Program-made: the position numbers and the translations under genes
Notes under the pieces: model-generated
The model's database searches: none
What the model was told of the DNA's origin: nothing
What the model saw: only the letters and a program-made list of their open reading frames with translations
DNA from: Hormoscilla sp.
GTDB lineage: Bacteria > Cyanobacteriota > Cyanobacteriia > Cyanobacteriales > Desertifilaceae
Length of the DNA: 13,417 nt
NCBI GenBank assembly: GCA_051439505.1
Contig: JBFRWI010000099.1
Coordinates: 1-13,417 of the forward strand
Direction: 5' to 3'
In this document: one piece after another, positions 6,403 through 13,417 of the stretch
Layout of the letters: every line of letters begins with the position of its first letter
How positions within the stretch are numbered: the first letter of the stretch is position 1

Positions 6403-8265
6403 ATGATTTGTTGCCTAAATCCCGATTGCGAAAATCCGATTAATGATGAAGATAGAGAATTTTGCCTCAACTGCGGGTCGCCATTGATCCGGCGACTGCG
6501 AGGTCGCTACAGCGTCATGCGGCCACTGGATCGCGGGGGCATGAGTCGCACCTATCTAGCTGTGGATGAAGACAAGCTGAGGACTTACTGCGTAATCAAA
6601 CAATTTTCCCCGAATTCCCTAGCAACGGGGGTATCCAGACAGGAGTCAATCAGCAAATCGGTCACTCTGTTTAACCAAGAGGCCCATCGCCTGCACGAAC
6701 TGGGGTCTCACGGCCAGATTCCCTGTCTGCTAGCTTATTTTGAGGAAGATAATAGGCTGTATCTGGTGCAGGAGTTGATCCGAGGGTGGAACCTATGGCA
6801 AGAGTTACGCCATGAGGGTGCCTTCGGGGAAGACAAGATTTGGCAACTATTGAGAGGTCTACTACCCGTGCTCCAATTTGTCCACGATCGGGATGTAGTT
6901 CACCGAGATATTAAACCAACAAATATTTTGCGGCGCAAGCGGGATGGGAAATTCGTACTGATTGACTTTGGGGTGGCTAAACGGTTGACGAAAACGGGAA
7001 ACCCGGGGACAAAAGTAGGCACCCAAGGGTATGCAGCGATGGAACAAGTGCGTAGCGGTAGGGCTTATCCGGCCAGCGACCTTTATAGTTTAGGTGTCAC
7101 TTGCATTCACTTGCTGACAGCAATGCCCCCAGATGATTTGTTTGACCCCCTGACCGGTCGTTGGCTGTGGCAAGAAATGCTGCAAAAACAAGGGCTACCC
7201 ATTAGCGCTCGCCTCAAGCAGATATTAGATAAGTTACTTAAAGAGACAGTCAGCGAACGATATCAATCAGTAGCAGAAGTGCTGCGAGACCTGAATGGGA
7301 CCGGGCCAGTGGCTCCGACACCGATAATCAACGGCATCTGTAAAAATTGGAAATGCGTAAATACCCTCACGGGACATGCCGATAAGATTAGATTTGTGGC
7401 CATTAGCCCGAATAATATTCTGGCCAGTGCCAGCGGGGACAAGACGATCGGCCTGTGGCAATTGGGTAGAAATGCTACAGAAGCACCGTCCCATCTCGGG
7501 ATTCTCAAAGGGCATTCGGGGTCGGTGGGATCTTTGGCCATTAGTCCCCACGGGAAAATTCTTGCTAGTGGAGGTAATGATAATGAGATCAAATTGTGGT
7601 CCTTGAGTAATAATGGTAATGGCAGCCAGCTCTTGGAGACCCTCACGGGACATGCAGGTTGGGTGGAGGCGATCGCCTTTAACCCCAGAGTCAGCATTCT
7701 GGCCAGCGGCGGCAATGATAACAAGATCAAATTGTGGAAACTCGAACGTGGAGAATGGATCAAAGAGCCGATTATGACAATAGAGGGCCATACCAACGGA
7801 GTCAAGGCGATCGCCTTCCGGTCTGATGGCGAGATTCTGGCTAGCGGTAGCGAGGACAAAACGATTAATATCTGGCACCTGCGGACTGGGAAACTGCTGC
7901 TCACTTTTAGCAGGCACTTAAACCGAGTCAATGCGATCGCTTTCAGTCCCGATGGTAATATCCTCGTTAGCGGCTCTGATGACGGCACCTTGAAGCTGTG
8001 GGATATTGCTAGCGGTAAAATGATTAGCACCCTGACCGAACATGATGATGGGGTGATGGCGATCGCCTTCAGTACCGATGGTAAAATTTTAGCCAGTGCT
8101 AGCCGCGATCGGACAATTAAAATTTGGCAGCTAGAGACTCACAAAGCGGTCGCTACCCTCACAGATCACGAATGGTGGGTGCAGGCGATCGCCTTCAGTC
8201 AAGATGGCCGAACTATCGTCAGCGGCAGCGGCGACAACACCCTCAAAATTTGGCGCTATGATTAA
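6403..8265 (+). CDS. Ser/Thr protein kinase with 4-Cys zinc ribbon and seven WD40 repeats (620 aa)
   Basis: Prefix MICCLNPDC..FCLNCG; kinase motifs VIK, HRDIKPTN, DFG, GTQGYAAMEQ and SDLYSLG. Seven GH...ASGS.D..IK.W-type repeats run from ~7370 to the end. An RBS-like AGGTAGGA lies upstream. Confidence 0.95.
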   Translation: MICCLNPDCENPINDEDREFCLNCGSPLIRRLRGRYSVMRPLDRGGMSRTYLAVDEDKLRTYCVIKQFSPNSLATGVSRQESISKSVTLFNQEAHRLHELGSHGQIPCLLAYFEEDNRLYLVQELIRGWNLWQELRHEGAFGEDKIWQLLRGLLPVLQFVHDRDVVHRDIKPTNILRRKRDGKFVLIDFGVAKRLTKTGNPGTKVGTQGYAAMEQVRSGRAYPASDLYSLGVTCIHLLTAMPPDDLFDPLTGRWLWQEMLQKQGLPISARLKQILDKLLKETVSERYQSVAEVLRDLNGTGPVAPTPIINGICKNWKCVNTLTGHADKIRFVAISPNNILASASGDKTIGLWQLGRNATEAPSHLGILKGHSGSVGSLAISPHGKILASGGNDNEIKLWSLSNNGNGSQLLETLTGHAGWVEAIAFNPRVSILASGGNDNKIKLWKLERGEWIKEPIMTIEGHTNGVKAIAFRSDGEILASGSEDKTINIWHLRTGKLLLTFSRHLNRVNAIAFSPDGNILVSGSDDGTLKLWDIASGKMISTLTEHDDGVMAIAFSTDGKILASASRDRTIKIWQLETHKAVATLTDHEWWVQAIAFSQDGRTIVSGSGDNTLKIWRYD

Positions 8266-8269
8266 ACAA

Positions 8270-8380
8270 ATGCTAATGGTTCATGGCTAATGGCTAATGG
8301 TTCATGGCTAATGGCTAATGTTTAGTGACAATTAGCAATGAACAATTAGCGATGAACAATTAGCGATGAACAATTAGCAA
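8270..8380. repeat. Two heptamer (STRR-like) tracts in inverted orientation
   Basis: (ATGGCTA/ATGGTTC)n at ~8270-8320 faces (AATTAGC/(A/G)ATGAAC)n at ~8329-8380. The two tracts are reverse complements apart from one position per heptamer. Confidence 0.85.
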
Positions 8381-9088
8381 ATGAATAATGGTATTTTATA
8401 CGGCATCGGGGTGGGTCCAGGGGATCCAGAATTAATCACCCTGAAGGGGTTGCGACTACTGCAAAGGGTGCCAGTTATCGCCTATCCAGCGGGGGTTTCC
8501 TCCAAACCAGGCATGGCAGAACAGATTATATCACAATGGCTGGATTCCGAAAAAATCAAGTTGCCGTTGAAGTTTCCCTACGTACAGGATCTAGCAGTTT
8601 TAAGTCAGGCATGGCAAAGGGCAGTAGCGCAAATATGGCCATATCTCCAGCAGGGACAAGATGTCGCCTTTGTCTGTGAAGGGGATGTCAGCTTTTACAG
8701 CACATTCAACAACCTGGCAAACTGCATGCAGCAGCAGCATGGGGCCGCAAACATCCAGCTAATACCGGGAATCAGTTCGCCGATGGCCGCAGCGGCAGCA
8801 ATGGGCATCCCTTTAACAATGGGGGCTCAACGTCTAGCAGTCCTGCCAGCCCTCTATGCTGTAGAAGAATTGGAAAATGTCTTAAACTGGGCAGATGTGG
8901 TGGTGCTGATGAAAGTCAGTTCGGTGTACCCTCAAGTTTGGCAGCTGTTGCACAAGCGCCAACTGCTAGAAAAGGCTTATGTAGTGGAACGGGTGACATG
9001 GCCGGACCAAAGGTTGTATAATGATATAGGATCGCGCCCCGATTTAAAACTGTCCTATTTCTCGGTGCTAATTGTGAATCGCAACTAA
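8381..9088 (+). CDS. cobI: Precorrin-2 C20-methyltransferase (CobI/CbiL)
   Basis: Tetrapyrrole methylase motifs LYGIGVGPGDPELITLKG, VAFVCEGDVSFYSTF, IPGISS, VVVLMKV and YFS in a 235-aa protein. Confidence 0.92.
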   Translation: MNNGILYGIGVGPGDPELITLKGLRLLQRVPVIAYPAGVSSKPGMAEQIISQWLDSEKIKLPLKFPYVQDLAVLSQAWQRAVAQIWPYLQQGQDVAFVCEGDVSFYSTFNNLANCMQQQHGAANIQLIPGISSPMAAAAAMGIPLTMGAQRLAVLPALYAVEELENVLNWADVVVLMKVSSVYPQVWQLLHKRQLLEKAYVVERVTWPDQRLYNDIGSRPDLKLSYFSVLIVNRN

Positions 9089-9212
9089 TGGAGAATGGAG
9101 AATGGAGAATTGAGAATGGAGAATGGAGAATGGAGAATTGAGAATTGAGAATTGAGAATTGAGAATTGACAACGAACAACGAACAACGAACAACTGACAA
9201 CTGACAACTGAC
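9087..9212 (+). repeat. Compound heptamer tandem repeat (STRR-like), 18 in-phase units
   Basis: AATGGAG/AATTGAG x11, AATTGAC x1, AACGAAC x3 and AACTGAC x3. Confidence 0.92.
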
Positions 9213-9217
9213 AGAAT

Positions 9218-9238
9218 GGTGGGCGGTGCCCACCCTAC
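9218..9238 (-). repeat. GTAG-family REP-like element
   Basis: The reverse complement GTAG-GGTGGGC-ACC-GCCCACC is a GTAG tetranucleotide followed by a perfect 7-bp stem. Confidence 0.8.
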
Positions 9239-9261
9239 TAATACTGACAAGGAAGGAAGCC

Positions 9262-11022
9262 ATGAATTACTTATCAAATTCGGACCAGAAGTCGCAGAAC
9301 ATAACTCCTTGGATAGCAACCATTCTATCCCTCGGAGTCCATGGAATGTTGGGGGTGGCGCTACCGATGATTTCTGAAAAGGGAGAAGCGCAGCAGACAA
9401 CAAGAGAGGTAAATTTGGTGGAGTTAACGGCGGCACAGCAGGACCGTCTGCCAAAACTTTCTCCGTCACTCTCCCCAGTAGGGCCGACGGAACCGGAGTT
9501 GGAGGATCTGTTGGCAAACTCGCCGCTACCTTCGTCCTCCCCATCTGCTGCTGAAACGCCACCGTCAATTTCTTCATTACCTTCCCTGAACTTGCCGCCG
9601 CTACCGCCAATAGCATCTTACATAGATCTGTCTTCTTTGCCGCCGATCGCATCATCGGAACCCATACTGTCTCAACTGCAAATAAATCCCGATCGCCCCG
9701 TCAGGCAATTGTCCCTACCACCAGAGATCGATAGGGGTCCGGTTAGACAATTACCAGTACCGCCAGAAATAAGTCCGATCGGGCAATTACCGGTACCGCC
9801 AGACAGGCAAATTGCTGGGGGTGAAACTCGACAATTGCCATTATCGATGGATCTACAAGCATACAGGCCCCCAGGGGTGAATTCACCTTTCTCTCAACTG
9901 CCACAGGTGGAACCATCTGTTATCAATCCCCAGGAATTTCCCAGACAATCTGAAAGGTCGGAATTTGAGCCACTGCCTGTGGCCTCGGCCCCGAGACATG
10001 TCGGACCGCTGCCGGAAAAAATTCCCCAGCAGGCAATAGATGAATTGCGACGCCTGCAAGCACAAAATCGGGCGAGGAACCTGGAAGGGACTGTGGCGGT
10101 TCGACTGGACTCACCGCTAGCAGCTAGCATCCCAACGGGTACTACGGTAGAGTTAATGCCACTAGGAGAAGCTGAAAGGGCGATTGAAACTGAAGGGCAG
10201 GCAGAAGGGGCAGATAGTTCGACAGCGGTGCCAGAAAAAATCCCCCAGCAAGCAATAGAGGAATTGCGACGCTTGCAAGCAGTCCATCGGGCAGAACTGG
10301 CCCAGAGGTCGTCAGCAACCCCAGTAGCTGTGGCACCATTGACCATTGCCCCAGAAGGGCCCGGACAGCCAGAAACGACAGCAGCGGTGCCCGAAAAAAT
10401 TCCCCAGCAGGCAATAGAGGAATTGCGACGCTTGCAAGCAGAAAATCGGGCAGAACTGTTGGCCGATAATGACTCGGAAGACCGACTGGCAACCTCGCAA
10501 ACAAGTGCAACGGCAGAAAGTCCTCCAGCAACGGTAGCAGCAAAGCCCCCAGTCTCAGCCCCCGAAGCAACAGCAGAGGTCGCGAAGATTCCCGATCGGG
10601 CGATCGCGAAATTGCGTGAGTTGCAACAGCAGTTTGCCTACAACCCAGCGGGGACAACTCCAGCAGAAGCACTAGCTAGCATCCAGACATGGTTAGATGC
10701 AAGCAAGAAGGCGGCTGAGAACCCAGAACTATTGTGGGAACCAAAGCGAATTACGGCTTCATATCCCGATGTGGCTTGCCGCTACGGACTGGACAAGAAT
10801 GCTACTGATGCCACAGTTGGGGTATTGCTAGACCCAGAGGGCAAAATATCATCCCAGCCAGAGACGATCAAGAGTACGGGATATGCTCTTTTAAATGATA
10901 TTGCTCTGGAGGCTGCTAGCAGTTATAATTTTGCAGCGGCTGGGGAGTACAAGGCTTACCTGTTGGAAATCAAATTTTCCCATAGTGATAGCTGTGAGAG
11001 AACTGCGGCAATAGTTGAGTGA
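9262..11022 (+). CDS. Proline-rich TonB-like / TolA-like membrane-anchored protein (~586 aa)
   Basis: An N-terminal TM helix with an SxxxH motif (ILSLGVHGML) is followed by a long Pro/Ala/Glu-rich linker and a C-terminal TonB-like domain (YPDVAC..VGVLLDPEGKI..IKSTGYALLNDIALEA..YNF). ATG 9262 is preferred because AAGGAAGG lies upstream and the longer GTG start falls inside a REP. Confidence 0.72.
   Translation: MNYLSNSDQKSQNITPWIATILSLGVHGMLGVALPMISEKGEAQQTTREVNLVELTAAQQDRLPKLSPSLSPVGPTEPELEDLLANSPLPSSSPSAAETPPSISSLPSLNLPPLPPIASYIDLSSLPPIASSEPILSQLQINPDRPVRQLSLPPEIDRGPVRQLPVPPEISPIGQLPVPPDRQIAGGETRQLPLSMDLQAYRPPGVNSPFSQLPQVEPSVINPQEFPRQSERSEFEPLPVASAPRHVGPLPEKIPQQAIDELRRLQAQNRARNLEGTVAVRLDSPLAASIPTGTTVELMPLGEAERAIETEGQAEGADSSTAVPEKIPQQAIEELRRLQAVHRAELAQRSSATPVAVAPLTIAPEGPGQPETTAAVPEKIPQQAIEELRRLQAENRAELLADNDSEDRLATSQTSATAESPPATVAAKPPVSAPEATAEVAKIPDRAIAKLRELQQQFAYNPAGTTPAEALASIQTWLDASKKAAENPELLWEPKRITASYPDVACRYGLDKNATDATVGVLLDPEGKISSQPETIKSTGYALLNDIALEAASSYNFAAAGEYKAYLLEIKFSHSDSCERTAAIVE
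10012..10458 (+). repeat. Three intragenic copies of a ~63-69 bp coding repeat (PEKIPQQAI(D/E)ELRRLQA..RA)
   Basis: Copies lie at 10012-10074, 10231-10299 and 10390-10458. A degenerate fourth copy (KIPDRAIAKLRELQ) is at 10585-10626. Confidence 0.9.
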
Positions 11023-11051
11023 AAACCAGACAGGCAAGGCTTCTACAGGCT

Positions 11052-11093
11052 ACTGACAAGGAACAACTGACAAGGAACAACTGATAACTGACC
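11052..11093 (+). repeat. Short heptamer tract upstream of the heptose-kinase-like gene
   Basis: ACTGACA AGGAACA ACTGACA AGGAACA ACTGATA ACTGACC. Confidence 0.75.
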
Positions 11094-11101
11094 ATTAATA
11101 A

Positions 11102-12148
11102 ATGAATCTTGATGCTGATTTTGTGACGAGGCTACATTCTCAAGCCGATCGTTTATTGACTCTGATAGACCGCTTTCACCAGGGAACTGTCCTCGTGGTG
11201 GGAGATTTGACTCTGGATGAATTTCTCACGGGTCAGGTAGAACGTATTTCCCGGGAAGCACCTGTATTGATTTTGCGCCATGAAACGACCCAGCAAATCC
11301 CTGGCGGTGGGGCAAATGCAGTTTATAATTTAGCTAAGTTGGGCGCCCGGGTGAAGGCAGTGGGACTTGTGGGGAAGGACGACCAGGGAAAAGCATTGTG
11401 TGGCATATTTGAGGCTGCTGGAATTGATAATCAGGGCATTTTGGTGGATGGAACTCGCCCTACGGTGACGAAAACTCGTATTTCCGGTCACGCCCGTCAG
11501 TCTGTAACTCAACAGATTGTTCGGGTCGATCGTAAGTCCGATCGCTTGCCGGATTTAGAGGTACAATTGCAGTTAGCTGAGTATATTCGTTCCCAGTTGG
11601 ATGATGTTGATGCGGTGGTCTGTTCTGACTATGGTGATGGGGTGCTGACTGCCCCAACCATTGAAGCAGCTTTGGGCCACCCACGGGCGATCGTCGATAC
11701 CCAGAAGAATTTAAGGCGCTATGCTGGGGCCAGTTTGTTTACTCCCAATTTGCCCGAAGCGGAACAAGCGGTCGGATATGCGATCGCCACCGAGGAAGAT
11801 TTGGTAAAAGCGGGTGCGGATTTGCTAGCATTAACGCAAGCAGGACAAATGTTAATTACTCGCGGGGAAGCAGGGATGACCCTCTTTGAAGGGAAAAATG
11901 GAGAAATACTTCATGAAGACATTCCCGCATTTAACCGCACGGAAGTATTTGACGTGACGGGTGCGGGAGATACGGTGGTGGCGGCCCTGACCTTAGCTTC
12001 GATCGCGGGGGCTTCCTTTTGGGAAGCAGCGGTGTTGGGAAATTTGGCAGCGAGTCTAGTAGTCCGTCAGTTTGGGACGGCGACGACTACGCCCGCAGAA
12101 ATGCAGGCAGCTTTACAGCTTATTTTAGAAGAAGCTACTATTGATTAA
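11102..12148 (+). CDS. rfaE1: PfkB-family sugar kinase, RfaE/HldE domain I-like (D-glycero-beta-D-manno-heptose-7-phosphate kinase-like)
   Basis: Motifs VLVVGDLTLDEFL.G.VERISREAPV, GGGANA..N, TVTKTRI, SDYGDG, TPNL.EA, ITRGEAGM and EVFDVTGAGDTVVA. There is no adenylyltransferase domain. Confidence 0.85.
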   Translation: MNLDADFVTRLHSQADRLLTLIDRFHQGTVLVVGDLTLDEFLTGQVERISREAPVLILRHETTQQIPGGGANAVYNLAKLGARVKAVGLVGKDDQGKALCGIFEAAGIDNQGILVDGTRPTVTKTRISGHARQSVTQQIVRVDRKSDRLPDLEVQLQLAEYIRSQLDDVDAVVCSDYGDGVLTAPTIEAALGHPRAIVDTQKNLRRYAGASLFTPNLPEAEQAVGYAIATEEDLVKAGADLLALTQAGQMLITRGEAGMTLFEGKNGEILHEDIPAFNRTEVFDVTGAGDTVVAALTLASIAGASFWEAAVLGNLAASLVVRQFGTATTTPAEMQAALQLILEEATID

Positions 12149-12164
12149 TTGTGAGGAGAAAAAG

Positions 12165-13232
12165 GTGGCATTAAGAGAAAAACGTCGGCTATTGGTAACG
12201 GGAGGGGCAGGTTTTATTGGCTCCAATTTTGTCCATTATTGGTGCGATCGCTATTCGGAAGATCGGGTAGTAGTCTTAGATGCCCTCACCTATGCAGGGA
12301 ACAAACAAAATCTCGCCTCATTGTTCACAAAGGAGAATTTTCGCTTCGTCCAGGGAGATATAGGCGATCGGGCCTTAGTGGATAGCCTGCTGTCGGCAGA
12401 AAATATCGATACTATAGCCCATTTTGCCGCCGAATCCCACGTCGATCGCTCAATTTTAGGGCCGGGGGCCTTCATTCAAACCAACGTAGTGGGCACCTTT
12501 ACCTTACTAGAAGCATTTCGCCAGCATTTTCCGACCTTAGAGGGGAAGGGAACATTCCTGCATGTTTCCACAGATGAAGTCTACGGTTCTCTCGGTCCGG
12601 AGGATCCCGCCTTTACAGAAACGACCGCTTACGCACCGAATAGTCCCTATTCTGCTTCTAAAGCGGGCAGCGACCACCTAGTGCGAGCCTATCACCACAC
12701 CTACGGTTTACCTAATATTATCACAAATTGTTCTAACAATTACGGGGCCTATCAATTTCCAGAAAAGTTGATTCCCCTGATGTGCATAAATGCCTTAATT
12801 GGCAAGGAACTCCCGGTTTACGGAGATGGACAAAATGTGAGAGATTGGTTGTATGTGGGGGATCACTGTAGTGCTTTAGATGTGGCGATCGAGAAAGGGA
12901 AACCAGGGGAAACCTACAATATCGGTGGCAATAATGAGGTGAAAAATATCTCCCTGGTGGAAATGCTATGTCAGATCTTGGATGAATTAGCACCGGATCT
13001 GCCCGTGCGTCCTTGCAGTAAATTAATTACTTTTGTCAAGGATAGGCCGGGACACGATCGCCGTTATGCCATTGACGCGACTAAGATTAAAACCCAGTTG
13101 TCCTGGACCCCTTCAGTGACTATAGAAGAGGGCTTGCGGCGTACAATAGAATGGTATCTGACGCATCGGGATTGGTGGGAACCGTTGTTATCAAAGGAAT
13201 ATCAAGCGTACTATCGTCAGGTGTATGGGTAG
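12165..13232 (+). CDS. rfbB: dTDP-glucose 4,6-dehydratase
   Basis: Motifs LLVTGGAGFIGSNF, DALTYAGN, HFAAESHVDRSI, HVSTDEVYG, PYSASKA, NCSNNYG, EKLIP and DRPGHDRRYA. GTG 12165 has GAGGAG 6 nt upstream; the alternative TTG start at 12141 overlaps the upstream stop. Confidence 0.97.
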   Translation: MALREKRRLLVTGGAGFIGSNFVHYWCDRYSEDRVVVLDALTYAGNKQNLASLFTKENFRFVQGDIGDRALVDSLLSAENIDTIAHFAAESHVDRSILGPGAFIQTNVVGTFTLLEAFRQHFPTLEGKGTFLHVSTDEVYGSLGPEDPAFTETTAYAPNSPYSASKAGSDHLVRAYHHTYGLPNIITNCSNNYGAYQFPEKLIPLMCINALIGKELPVYGDGQNVRDWLYVGDHCSALDVAIEKGKPGETYNIGGNNEVKNISLVEMLCQILDELAPDLPVRPCSKLITFVKDRPGHDRRYAIDATKIKTQLSWTPSVTIEEGLRRTIEWYLTHRDWWEPLLSKEYQAYYRQVYG

Positions 13233-13236
13233 GAGA

Positions 13237-13269
13237 ATGAAGATTAAGCTAATGGCAGATTATGGCTGC
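13237..13269 (+). pseudogene. Possible 5' remnant of a small hypothetical gene (MKIKLMADYGC...)
   Basis: An ATG lies 4 nt after the rfbB stop. The first 11 codons resemble the N-terminus of a small hypothetical family I recall (..IKLMADY.C.PLW..). The frame then diverges, runs through repeat DNA and stops at 13383. Confidence 0.3.
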
Positions 13270-13299
13270 ATGATTAACCGTAATAAAAAAGATCTCTGC

Positions 13300-13326
13300 G
13301 TAGGTTGGGTAGAGCGTCAGCGAAAC
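13300..13326 (+). repeat. Truncated GTAG-family REP-like element
   Basis: In GTAG-GTTGGGT-AGAGCGTCAGCGAA-AC, the right arm expected to complete the stem (ACCCAAC) is cut after AC by GGGTGTGGTCAAAA. Confidence 0.6.
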
Positions 13327-13417
13327 GGGTGTGGTCAAAACCCGTTGGTAGTAGCCCGAACCCTAAAGGGCCCGGCTACATGAACAAAGCCCGCCTGCGC
13401 GGGCTATACATGTACCT
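13327..13417 (+). mobile_element. Left end of a putative MITE-like element running off the window, with internal hairpin repeats
   Basis: GGGTGTGGTCAAAA (13327-13340) is followed by hairpins GTAGCC..CCC-TAAA-GGG..GGCTAC (13351-13379) and AGCCCGC-CTGC-GCGGGCT (13388-13405). Confidence 0.5.

Larger units (their letters stand above)
708..12251. repeat. Dispersed HIP1 octamers (GCGATCGC), 16 copies counted by eye
   Basis: Starts at 708, 738, 1615, 1999, 2535, 4956, 5373, 5919, 7669, 7807, 7933, 8059, 8185, 10600, 11780 and 12244. This enrichment is characteristic of many cyanobacteria. Confidence 0.93.

Noticed and set aside
7263..8030. Long antisense ORFs (255 aa and 216 aa) over the WD40 region
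   Set aside because: These are typical shadow ORFs of repetitive WD40 coding sequence with no independent features.
1786..8265. Helicase plus kinases as an anti-phage defence system
   Set aside because: There is no nuclease, TOPRIM/OLD, methylase or toxin partner. The kinases are ordinary cyanobacterial signalling types, and the high HIP1 density suggests long-term residence.
8266..8380. Cobalamin riboswitch upstream of cobI
   Set aside because: The region consists entirely of heptamer repeats and has no B12-box motifs.
8916..9655. Minus-strand ORFs with SQFSILN/SPFSILH repeats
   Set aside because: They are translations of the heptamer tract and are antisense to cobI and the TonB-like gene.
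10012..10458. Diversity-generating retroelement TR/VR pair
   Set aside because: All copies are in-frame coding repeats, the differences are not adenine-specific, and there is no reverse transcriptase in the window.
343..13340. One composite transposon bounded by the 343 and 13327 motifs
   Set aside because: The two copies are in direct rather than inverted orientation, and the enclosed genes are housekeeping-type with no transposase or integrase.

Overview
This looks like a cyanobacterial chromosomal region: 16 copies of the HIP1 octamer GCGATCGC, heptameric STRR-type tandem repeats, and zinc-ribbon-prefixed Hanks kinases. The genes, in order, are a DUF4349-like lipoprotein (-) divergent from a UvrD/Rep-family helicase (+), two tandem Ser/Thr kinases (the first apparently fused to a DUF1997-like domain, the second to a 7-bladed WD40 propeller), cobI/cbiL, a long Pro-rich TonB-like protein with internal helical repeats, a stand-alone RfaE/HldE-domain-I kinase and rfbB. 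The first ~760 bp and last ~180 bp are nested mosaics of small repeats: a G/C-run cruciform, GTAG-type REP-like elements, a 9 x 21-bp palindromic tandem array and three copies of a putative MITE end (GGGTGTGGTCAAAA), two of which abut or interrupt GTAG elements. The most notable observations are the kinase-DUF1997 fusion, the apparent REP-associated element ends, the 21-bp array and HIP1 sites phased with the WD40 blades. I saw no CRISPR array, transposase, reverse transcriptase, rRNA or tRNA. All family assignments come from motif recognition by eye; no database searches were run.
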